DNA from: Convolutriloba macropyga
Lineage: Eukaryota
Reading direction: 5' to 3'
Assembly: GCF_964194025.1 (NCBI RefSeq)
Contig: NC_134477.1
Span: forward strand, 3,224,001 to 3,288,000
DNA length: 64,000 bases
Positions 28,173-37,998 of the stretch are shown here, one piece after another. The position numbers were made by a program, and so were the translations under genes. The notes beneath the pieces were generated by a model. The model saw only the letters and a list, made by a program, of their open reading frames with translations. It made no database searches and was not told where the DNA came from. Every line of letters starts with the position of its first letter. The first letter of the stretch is position 1.

Positions 28173-29833
28173 AAAAATCATTACCTCAGGGTGTCTCACA
28201 ACCCGAAGTTATTCAACAACTCAGATATAGGTCAAAGTTTGCTCTAAAATTGAAAAATTGACTGTCTGCACTGGACTCCGCATAAATACTGAAAATTGAT
28301 AAAGCCAAATACGAATTCTCGGGGTGAATTAGACCAAAACCAGTACCATCAAACTCAGCCTCAATACTTTTTGTAAGTGACGAATTGACGAACGACTTTA
28401 ATTATTATGAAAATTAAACGGCCGTCAACTACGGTAAAAGGTTAGGAAAATCAAAAATTAATTAAAAAAAATGGCCCTGAAAAAAGTTTCGGTTAGCAAT
28501 GAACTTCATATGCAAGTTTCGGCTAGCAATGAACTTCTTAAGCTCTAGACAACGCTCATCGTGATGTTTGTGTTTAATTTTTTTTACTATTGTTCAATCT
28601 TTCACATCCTAAATTAAAGAAATTGGTTAAAAATGTTTTGTCAGCATTCCAAAAGAAAGAAAAGAGGAGTTGATTTTTGAGTTGTTCTGAAGTTGCTGTA
28701 TATGGCTGTACTTGCTTGCAGTAGAACAATCCTCTCGAAATTTTCCTGCAAAAAAAAATTGTATTTCAAAGATTGAATTTCAGCATTTTAAAATGCTATG
28801 AAGCTGAAATTTGGAGTCCAACTTGATCGGCATTTTTTATGATGATTTTGTAGTTGGTTGTCACGAATGTTTGTATTCATCTATATATTAATTGCGTGAA
28901 CACATAAGGCGACAAGTTATAGAGGCATCACTGAGCAGCATGTTGCATGTTTTAACAGAAAAACGATACAAAAGGTCATTGACCAAAAAGTGTTGTCAAA
29001 AAATCATTGACCCAAAAGATTGCTAAGAGGTGGTGTCATCTACCGAAAAATGCTTTGCGAAAAAGTCTCTTGCCGAAATTTTTTTGTTAAGGAATAAGTC
29101 AAAAATCGATGTTTCAATAAACAAAAACAATAATTTCGAAAAAATATTTGGCTAATAAGTTGTTCAGAAAAAACTCTATGATCAAAAACTACTTCAGAAA
29201 ACGGTCTTTGACTGATAAGTTTTCGATACTGAAAAGGTAAATGATTGAAATTGTGCCAATACAAAGAGAGTTTACAAACGGAATAAAAACACGGGTTTTT
29301 AGCAATCCATTGTCAAAAAATTGTTCATGATGAAAAAGCTTGTCCTGAAAATTTGTGAAGGAAAAGTCAAAGAAAACAAAAAAATACAGAAGAGTTCAGC
29401 GAACAAAATTTTTGTAGTGTAAAAGACGGAAAAGGCGCCGAAGCAAAAACCAAAGTTAGGTGCTAAAAACTAATGAATGACAAATTTGAGGTCTTGAAAA
29501 ATGTACAGTTTTTTGACACTCAGTCGAGGGTTTTTTTATATTAAGGGCTGCTACTATTAAATTAAAGCATGCAAATTATGATAGGTATATAATTTTTCAT
29601 TTCCAGTTTTTCAAAAAAAATTATTGGTGGCATTAGCTAGCCCTTTAATTCAGTTCTGTGTTTGTTGACGTCTTAAAAGCATTCCCAAAGGCAAGCCAAT
29701 GAGTCCTTTTCATCAGCATATTCCTCGTCTTGGGCCTATCCATTGTGTTCTCATTAGCACATTCAACCTTTTATGAAAACCGGAATTCATTATCCAATAC
29801 AACATCTGTTTTCTTTTCTCTTTTGAGCTGTTG

Positions 29834-29835
<2 letters not shown>

Positions 29836-29868
<33 letters not shown>
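29836..29868. repeat. (CT)n microsatellite within a pyrimidine-rich low-complexity tract
   Basis: Seen directly in the sequence. Confidence 0.95.
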
Positions 29869-29871
<3 letters not shown>

Positions 29872-30168
29872 GTTTTTTTTCTCCATCACTCGTATTTCTA
29901 TTGTGGAATCTTCTATTTTGTCTGCTCTTCAAATGTTTTTTCTGTGACATTTTCTCTTTGCACTCAAAATTTTGCCCTTGTTTTTTGTGCTTGCTCACTA
30001 TCTCGTTGTTCCTGTACCTTCTCTCTCACACACACACACAATTTTGGCTTCTTTCCTTTTGCTGTCCCATTTTCCTTCATTCTATCAGTTTCGATTTTTC
30101 TTGCGTTCTTTCTCTCCTTTAATTTCCTGCTTCTATTTTCTCCCTCTTGTCTCTAACGTCTAACGTCT

Positions 30169-30208
30169 AAATAGACGTTAGTTAACGGCTGTTAACTAAC
30201 GTCTATTT
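30169..30208. repeat. Perfect 18-bp inverted repeat (hairpin)
   Basis: AAATAGACGTTAGTTAAC-GGCT-GTTAACTAACGTCTATTT. Confidence 0.9.
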
Positions 30209-32048
30209 TTCTTTTTATTTGTATGTTTTTGATTGAGTTCTTTGTTTCCTCTTGTTTTTCGTACGAAGGGTTCCTGATAATCTAATGGTTTTGTTGCATT
30301 GTAATCCTTCCGTTCTTTTCTTCCTCATCAATTGCGATTTTTCTATCTCGTTTTCTCGTAAATTCTCATTTTTTGCTTTTCACTCCCTTGGCTTTCTCAC
30401 AGACTCTTGTTTTTTTCTGTTCTCCTTGTCAGCTTTCAAACTTCTGTTCTTCTCTGTCTTTAGGGTTTTTTTGTTTTTTTAAATCTATTTGCTCTCCGAC
30501 TCATTACATATTTCTGCTGCCATCGATCTCTCTTTCTCTCTCTTTATGACTCGTTCATGAAACCTTTCTTTGATATATTCGGCTCGCTTCATTTTTGTTG
30601 GTGTGTCCAAAGTAGTTTTGCAAATTTCATTGAAACGATCCTAAGTACACCAGTTATCACGAATAAATCTTCAATGAAAATAACAACTGTTAAAGTTTTA
30701 AGATAAGTTGCATTCAGATAGCTTTTACGACGGACCTGCTAGTTTTTAATTAAATAAGCTGCAATAACAGCCATAATCTATTTTTCGGGGGAAAAGCACT
30801 TTTGAAATGAGAAAAGTGTTCTATTAAATAGCTGCTAATAAAATGGCCGTTTGAATTTGGTACTGTAACTGAAAAAAATTATCAATAGATCATTCACAAT
30901 TTTCTTGATTCAGTCTTAACTAGTGGTTGATTTTTTTTCAAATGTGATTTCAAAACTTATATGTGCATATTTCTTTCCCATCAGCTTTAGGTTGCAAAAA
31001 ACTTCTTGTTTGGCGAATTGTTGTGCAAATTTGGAATCAATAAATGATGTTATTATTTTCACAAGTGCTCTTTAATCAAATTCTTTTAATCGTATTTTTG
31101 TTCGTTTTTGAATTTTGGTTTCAAGTAACTTTATTATACATCAAGAATATATATTCTTTGTTTTGCTATTTTTGTTTAAAACACGTAAGTGGAGTCCTAA
31201 TTTTGTTCGTTAAAAAATTTCATCTGCATAAATTAAGAACTCCAATTATTCTGAGGCAGCATAAATTTTCATTATGAAGACTTTTTCTTTATTTTTAGTT
31301 TGGTATATGTGAGCATTTGTATTGCTTTACATTTTTTAGAGAGCTGAAATGGGAACTTAGTTTTTGAGAGCTTATTTTTTCCATATCAGCTTTGTTTGAG
31401 AGACCTGATATAAACTGTTTTTTGTCTTGATGAAAACGTCTTTGAGTGTACGAATTCTAACCAATCGGACAATTTTTTAGATTAGTTTTCCCGAACGATG
31501 AAAAATCAATGAGTTTAATATTTGGCTCACCTAAAAACAATTGTCGAGATTGTGCGTACATCTTCTTCTATTTTGATAAAAAAGAAAAATTGAAAGTGAA
31601 AATTTCTAACCAATATTACCACTTGGAGTAGCCCCGTCATTTTGTCTATTTAGAGCAAACTGAATCTGTTTCGTGAGTAAAATTCCTTTTTTAAAAAAAA
31701 TTACTTAACGAAGGAACAGACGAAACTGTTCCAGACGAATTATTCACAAACAAAACGGTCTCAAAAAACAAATAATCCCACATAAAATCGTCCACATATC
31801 AAATGCACCAGCATCTATCAAAAAACATAAAAGTTCATATCATTAAACTAATATTAAATTGATTACAACACATTTTTAGTCAAATTATATATTAAAACGC
31901 AATTTTTTATACGGGTTCTTAATTACGTGATGTATTGGTTCTTAATTACAAAAAATTGTCCTTAACGTCAAACACGTTCCTGCTTCGAAATTCATGATGC
32001 GTGCTTTAACGGGTACTGAAACCTTTTTAGGGCCAGATTTTGTTTCAG

Positions 32049-32606
32049 GGTACTACCCTCCCATGTCGACTTCAAGTGATTCCTATGCATAGTTTCTCCT
32101 TCGAAAGGGTATCTGAAAACACAATTACTATGGAGTTTGCCGCTGGAAACGCCCAATGTTCCGTTTGTCACTACAGAACTAGTAATATCAATCTATCAAA
32201 CACAATTATCGGTCGTCATCAATTTTTGTCATTAGTACAGACAGCGAACTTGAAAGAAGCTATTCCCTTCGGAATATTTTTCAAGCAAACTGCTATTTAT
32301 ATAGCAGCTTATCTGCGAAAAATGTCTTTAAAAATTGCGTCGAAAAATGGCCAAACTTTACACAAATCGCCAGAATTGATAGTTTTGAAACTTCGCGGAA
32401 ACGATAAAAATTGCGCCTTATACCATGTAAACGATGTTGCATTATTGAAAAAGATTGAACAGTTTGGTGTAAACAAAAACAAACAAATTGTTTACGTAAT
32501 GACAGACTTGCTACGAGATAACCAATATACACGAACTTTGCGGAATTATTTCAAAGACCATTACATGTTTGAGTCGTACGATTTGCCAATGATTTTTGAG
32601 GGATCT
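32049..32606 (+). CDS. O-fucosyltransferase-like gene, exon 3 (3' end 32600 or 32606)
   Basis: TTTTGTTTCAG acceptor in phase 0; IVLKLRGND and IVYVMTD match the HLRRGD and FIATD motifs of GDP-fucose-binding GT-B transferases. Confidence 0.7.
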
Positions 32607-33089
32607 GTTTCCTTTTTTTTGTCGTCGAAATTTTCCCGACGATACCAGCCATAGTTTAGCAGTACTGAACTATAGCAGAACAATTAAAATATACCTATGA
32701 ATATCAAACGTTTTACGCAGATGCGCTGGATCAGAGTAAAAACAGACTGTTTCATAGTCTGCTAATAGTAAAAGAAGACTATGATCATATTAAAATCAGG
32801 ATGAAATCAGAGTAATTTTTAATTCTGAAAATAGACTGATCACAGTATATTATGAATCAGAGTAAATACAGACTGAACTTTTCTATGATTCAGAATGGAT
32901 TACTACGTTTGGTACCCTTAAAATCCTGCCCTTAAACTTTTAGTTTTTTCCCTGTTTTACGCTACTAGAATTTACTTAGCTCGCTTTCTTGTCACATTTG
33001 CCTTGTTGACATGCACAATTTTCTAAGCAAAAGTAGGAGAATTGATTTTGATGCGTTTTCTAATGATTTTAAATAAACTTTATTTCAAA

Positions 33090-33456
33090 TGTACTAGCCG
33101 GTTCGGTGATATTTTGTTTTAACTCTTTTGGATTATCCTTAGACTAAGATTCTTATCTTATTGTTTCTAAGTTCCAATTCTTGAGTGAAAATGTTTGTGT
33201 TTAATAAGATGAATTTACTTGAAGATAAATAAATAGCAAAAGTGGAAAGAATATTTTAAGTGTACACAGTAACTTGTGCGCGGAGGTTTATCTGAGGGAA
33301 TGATTGAAAAAGGCTGTAGAGAAGTGCGTACGTACAACACTAAAAAGTGGGAGTAAAAAAGATTACTCATGTTACTCATACAAACAGCAAACAGCACTGT
33401 ATTAAATATGGAAATAGTGGAAATAGTGTGGGAGGAAATAGGAGAGAAATGTTACA
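33090..33456 (-). repeat. 3' LTR (367 bp); ATTAAA poly(A)-signal candidate at 33205-33200
   Basis: Identical by eye to 45142-45508 (offset 12052); the ORF track gives the same 60-aa ORF in both. Confidence 0.97.
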
Positions 33457-33470
33457 ACTCACCCCCCTTC
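33457..33470 (-). other. Polypurine tract
   Basis: GAAGGGGGGTGAGT on the minus strand abuts the 3' LTR. Confidence 0.9.
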
Positions 33471-33647
33471 GAAGGAAAATATAAAAACTACAAACTTACC
33501 AAAGGTATGTCATGCATAATAATTCACGGGCTAAATAGTCCATATCAAAATAATATGCTGAAATGCATAATAAACGTAGAATCAGGAATATACGAACAAG
33601 TACAAGTAATACCAGATACGAACAGTGTTACTAGAGTTAATGACAAG

Positions 33648-35411
33648 TTATTTTTGCTGGCTCTGCTTCTTCGCTTTCTGGTTTATCGGCCAGGGCAATC
33701 TAGCATATTTATTTTCCCAGTTATAATCTTTTTCGAAACCATCACCACTTGGGTACCATATAGTAGATAAACGCTCTTTAACAGTTCCCTTGTAGACGTT
33801 GAAGATTGAATTTTCAAAATAAATTTCGGTGTCGATCGCGGTTGCCAAATCAAGTAATTCTGCCAAAGATGTTTGCAATTCCTTGTATTTTTCGTCGTCC
33901 AGATTTTGAATTAGTTTAATTGCCTCAGCACGTTTTACATCGATGTCAACGCTTATTCGCTGAATATTTTTCAGATGTTGGCCAATTTTACGATTTTCTT
34001 CTGCCTTCACGTTAGCATTTCGATACAGTTGTTGATATTTTAGCTGCTGACTGTCAGCTTTCTCTAAGGCTGCTTTTAGTTCAATAATCTCGTGGTAACA
34101 CTGAAGATACTCGGCCTCAAAACTTGGTTTTGTTTTAACATTGTTTAATTGGGCTTTTAGAGACTCATTTTCACGTTTAAGTTTTACCAGCTCAAGATTC
34201 TTTTCTTGCAATTGTTTGTCCGCAAGCACACAGTTTTGGATGGATAAGTCATACCTTGATTCCGTTTCGTTCCAGTTATGCTGTGCTCGATCGAGGGCTT
34301 TCTGTAAGTTGTCTATTTTCTTTTGCATAATATCCTCATTATTTTGTTGCGTTTGCAATTCAATGGACGATGTTGGAAGATTTGCAGGGAAAGCAGGTGA
34401 GCTAGAGGTACAAGGCTGCGGATTTCGTGGAGGTTTTGACTTTACGTAAGTTGAGCTAGAAGTACAAGGCTGCGGATTTCGTGGAGGTGTTGATTTTACG
34501 TTTGGCCCGAGCCATTCCGAGTTGTACCCATTTGGGAAGGCGGTTAGATACTGGTAAGGTACGTTTAGATAAATTTTGAGCGAGTTGAAATGCACGGTGT
34601 AGGTTTGTGTTGATACGTTTCTCATCTTGATCCGACAAAAATTGAATTCAGGCAGTAGTTGAAGGTTTCCATTCTCCAGTTCAAATTTCCCAATCGCATT
34701 TGATGGTAAAATATGGCGCTTCGTATTTAACGTTTTGTTCTCGTACTCTCGATCAGCAGTCTTTTGCCAGATATTGGCCTCTGGTTTCAAGGAATATTGC
34801 AGGAACTCAACAAACTGAGGATTTATGAAGTTTAGATGTTGTTCTCGTTCTTTTTGTATCTCGAGTCTCGATTTTTTGTTGGGAAATTGTCCTGCCTCTT
34901 TTGGGAGGTTGTCGAAAATTTTTCTTTTCTTCGACTTAGTTTCTTTGGCTTTTGCTGTCCACTTGTTAAAGTTGGAAACAGGAGTCTCCAATATTGGAGC
35001 TCTATTTATTTTAGCAGGAACCGTGTCCTGACTGGTTACTTGACCGGGATTGGCAGGTACCTTGTCCTGATTTGTTACTGGGTCAGAGTGATTTGCTGAA
35101 TATGCTGGTGCTACAGGATCCATGTCCTGGGGCTGCGTTCCAATGGGAGGGTGTGAAGGATCCATGTCCTTCGAGAGAGTGTTAAAGAAATAGTGCACTG
35201 GGGAAGTCAAGTTTTTATTTGCATCAGTGCTTGATACGTGATCTTCGGGGGCTTTAGAGGTGCTATCAGACTCGCAAGTGGCAATAACGAGGTTGCCGGG
35301 AATTGAATTTATGTCAGGGATATCAACGCTAAATTCATCTGGAGTGACAATGTCAGGAGCTGGAAAGAAGTCGTCAATGTCGAAGGTCGTATTGACGTTT
35401 AGAGATGACAT
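33648..35411 (-). CDS. ORF3: orphan accessory protein, 587 aa from the first ATG
   Basis: Intact ORF inside the LTRs; acidic Pro-rich N-terminus, basic KAKETKSKKRK, 18-aa tandem repeat (54 bp, 34399-34500), long heptad-rich coiled-coil region and aromatic C-terminal motif (WYPSGDG...RLPWP). Confidence 0.85.
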   Translation of the reverse strand: MSSLNVNTTFDIDDFFPAPDIVTPDEFSVDIPDINSIPGNLVIATCESDSTSKAPEDHVSSTDANKNLTSPVHYFFNTLSKDMDPSHPPIGTQPQDMDPVAPAYSANHSDPVTNQDKVPANPGQVTSQDTVPAKINRAPILETPVSNFNKWTAKAKETKSKKRKIFDNLPKEAGQFPNKKSRLEIQKEREQHLNFINPQFVEFLQYSLKPEANIWQKTADREYENKTLNTKRHILPSNAIGKFELENGNLQLLPEFNFCRIKMRNVSTQTYTVHFNSLKIYLNVPYQYLTAFPNGYNSEWLGPNVKSTPPRNPQPCTSSSTYVKSKPPRNPQPCTSSSPAFPANLPTSSIELQTQQNNEDIMQKKIDNLQKALDRAQHNWNETESRYDLSIQNCVLADKQLQEKNLELVKLKRENESLKAQLNNVKTKPSFEAEYLQCYHEIIELKAALEKADSQQLKYQQLYRNANVKAEENRKIGQHLKNIQRISVDIDVKRAEAIKLIQNLDDEKYKELQTSLAELLDLATAIDTEIYFENSIFNVYKGTVKERLSTIWYPSGDGFEKDYNWENKYARLPWPINQKAKKQSQQK

Positions 35412-35598
35412 GGTAATGTTGATGAAGGAACAGTAAATAATCTTATTAAACACAAACTCATTAATTGGAACTTTTCCAAAGTTTCATTTTAGTTCATACT
35501 AAGTACTAACAGTATTCGTATACCATTTTAGAATATTATCCTATAAATATTATAATAGTTTTACATGCACTACAAATTTTGTTTTGGAGTTTTAAAAT

Positions 35599-37857
35599 CT
35601 AAGGAGGTGCTAAAGGCGCACTTGCACCCTTTTGATTTTGAATGGTAGGATAAATTTTTATCTCCATTTCTCCCGCATACTTCTCCTGGTGTTCATTGGA
35701 GTTTAGCGGTTTGTTTACAGGTATATAACCTGTTTTGTTTTCGTCATCGTTCGCACCATGGCGATTGAAGATGGAAGTGAAAATGGACAGAACGAACAAA
35801 TTGAAAACTGCTCCTAGCAGGATTTTGCTGAAGCCAACTGTTGCTCCCGTTAGTCGGTGTATTTCAAAAGCTTTAAGGAAAACGACAACAATTTCCGTTA
35901 TAAGTTTGACGAAAAGGAAAACTGCAAACCAAATACCAAGTTTTTCTAGGTAGTAAGCAACAGATCCAAAGGCTGACTTGAACTGCTGCGTGAAGTAGTT
36001 AGGTGAAAGGAATGAGTCAAAATACATTCTATTATTCAAACTGAGCGCCTGGTCTAGCTTTCCGGATTCCATGATTCGGACATTGTCTCCATTTGTTAGT
36101 ATTCGTCTAGTTAACTTTTTAAGAATGGTCGCAGAAGCAGAATTATGGATGACATTGTCCCAAAAATCTTTTATTTGGGCAGGTGAGTAGAGACCTGACC
36201 GTTGTAGGTCGTATTCTTCTGGTTCAGTAATGTGGCCAATCTCCGTTGGCTCAAAAATTAAAGGTGCATTTACTGGTTCCGGTGCCGGTGAGAGCTTATA
36301 CCAAGAAGTAGCTACGTCAAGATCTAATTGGAACATATTCCCGTATGTTCCTTGACATGGGATTTCGTTTGCGAAGGGGAAGGTTTGACGTGTAATTGGG
36401 TCAATAAAGTGAGTTTTCCCTTCGTATTCAATTGGAATGCGGTCATAGCATCTATCAAGGATTTTCAGAGGTGAAATAACCTTTGGGCATTGATACAGCC
36501 AAGCAACGCTACCATCAGTGTCAAGAAACATGGAACGATCTCCAGTGAGCATGTATCCAGCTAAACGAGTATTCTGAAGAGCTAACATAAAAATAATTAA
36601 GAATTGTGTCCTCTCCAATTCGCAATCATTGCGTAGAAGAGTAAGCTCAGAATGGCGAAGCCGCTTAGCGTTATAAAACACTAAAAAGTTTAATTTGGCC
36701 TGAAGATGCAGCTCATAGTCAATTTTATCGGCACCAAATTGCTGCCATGGAGTTTCACCATATCGTGTGCCGTTCGGATGCCATCTATAATTTAAACTTG
36801 AATACTCGAGATTCTGTTGTGAATCAATTGAAAGTCTGTAGGAGTTGGATGAAAAACTCGAAGGTTTTCTGGGGTGCCCAGAATCCAAATTGAAACCGTT
36901 GTCATATGCGACGAATAGGTTAGCGAAGTTTGTTCTGTAAAGTTTTTCTGGCTTGCCACAAACTTGTTTCTTCTCGTTAAACACCCTGATTCTGATATCA
37001 AACTTGATAGGATTTGAGCTATCATTGTGCTCGGTGCTATCACTAACTAAGAAGTATATAGGGCTTTGAAATTTTGGTGTGTGCTTCAACATTCTAGCAG
37101 GTTGGGAGAACAATTGAGTGACCAGACAGTTTTCTGGTGCGTCCCAAACATAAGCATGTGGGTCTAATGTTGTAGTGAAGCAACCCTCTTCGTTTAGGGT
37201 ACATGGGAGTTTCATGCTGAATGGATTCCTGACTTCTAGGGTTTGGAAGTCTACGTACAAAGTGACATTTTGCATAAAGGTTACGATGCTTAGGTGCTTT
37301 ACCTCACCAGAGTCATCGCATTCATCTTTGTTTTCGCGTTTTGTTCCGGCATTTCCCCATGACTGGGTTTCGACATCATAGTCGACACTAGCTGTGAATG
37401 TTTTACCCCAGTAGGAGATATTGAGTTCTTTTGTTGCTATTGCTTGTCTACAATCATCTGCAGACAACACATAGTCGGTGGTAATTGATGATTGTTTATG
37501 AACAATGGATGAATGCGAGAACATGCCGCAGTGAAACCTGAGTGGTTGGATCTTCACTCTACACATTGTAGCATCTACTGAGGTGCGGAATGAACGTTGA
37601 TACACATGAACGTAAGCATCAGCTACTTTGACCTGTTCAGGTGAAATTGTGCAAGGAGCGACTTGATTAAGGGAGTACATGCGATTTTTGCGCATTCGTT
37701 TGCAATCATAGTGAACAACTTTTAAAGACTCGGACACATTGTCCTTTTCGTCTTGCTGTTGACTTTGCGTTTTAGTTAAAGTAATGAGTGTAGAAAACAG
37801 AGTAAGTAAGAAAGTAATAGATAAGAAAAGGAATTGTGTTTTTAGAGAACAACTCAT
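35599..37857 (-). CDS. env: Envelope glycoprotein, 752 aa, chuvirus-G/gB-like (class III fusogen-like)
   Basis: Signal peptide; Cys-rich ectodomain with HYDC, CGMFSHSS, GSVAWLYQC, CYDRIPI...FIDPITR and GLYS motifs; N-glycosylation sequons; C-terminal hydrophobic segments; located right after pol. Confidence 0.85.
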   Translation of the reverse strand: MSCSLKTQFLFLSITFLLTLFSTLITLTKTQSQQQDEKDNVSESLKVVHYDCKRMRKNRMYSLNQVAPCTISPEQVKVADAYVHVYQRSFRTSVDATMCRVKIQPLRFHCGMFSHSSIVHKQSSITTDYVLSADDCRQAIATKELNISYWGKTFTASVDYDVETQSWGNAGTKRENKDECDDSGEVKHLSIVTFMQNVTLYVDFQTLEVRNPFSMKLPCTLNEEGCFTTTLDPHAYVWDAPENCLVTQLFSQPARMLKHTPKFQSPIYFLVSDSTEHNDSSNPIKFDIRIRVFNEKKQVCGKPEKLYRTNFANLFVAYDNGFNLDSGHPRKPSSFSSNSYRLSIDSQQNLEYSSLNYRWHPNGTRYGETPWQQFGADKIDYELHLQAKLNFLVFYNAKRLRHSELTLLRNDCELERTQFLIIFMLALQNTRLAGYMLTGDRSMFLDTDGSVAWLYQCPKVISPLKILDRCYDRIPIEYEGKTHFIDPITRQTFPFANEIPCQGTYGNMFQLDLDVATSWYKLSPAPEPVNAPLIFEPTEIGHITEPEEYDLQRSGLYSPAQIKDFWDNVIHNSASATILKKLTRRILTNGDNVRIMESGKLDQALSLNNRMYFDSFLSPNYFTQQFKSAFGSVAYYLEKLGIWFAVFLFVKLITEIVVVFLKAFEIHRLTGATVGFSKILLGAVFNLFVLSIFTSIFNRHGANDDENKTGYIPVNKPLNSNEHQEKYAGEMEIKIYPTIQNQKGASAPLAPP

Positions 37858-37878
37858 TTTGGCAAGATGAAATGTGGG

Positions 37879-37994
37879 ACTGAGGAAGAAGTTTTTGATC
37901 GTCTGTATTTATACTCCAAATGACGTCATCGAGTGAGACGGGACCTCATTGGTCCAGTTTTTTTCTGCACTCATTGGAGTTTTTTTTTTTTTTT
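37879..37994 (-). promoter_or_regulatory. Putative internal Pol II promoter for env
   Basis: Minus strand: A15, CCAATGAG twice (CCAAT at 37977-37973 and 37952-37948), ATGACGTCAT (37920-37929), TATAAATA (37913-37906), TCAGT Inr with +1 at 37881 (TATA at -32); env ATG 24 nt downstream. Confidence 0.75.
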
Positions 37995-37998
37995 GTGT

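Noticed and set aside
29730-30482. Hydrophobic Phe/Leu/Ser-rich ORFs
   Set aside because: Translations of a pyrimidine-rich low-complexity tract.
33215-33770. 60-aa LTR ORF and 133-aa antisense ORF
   Set aside because: Short, no recognisable features; probably incidental.
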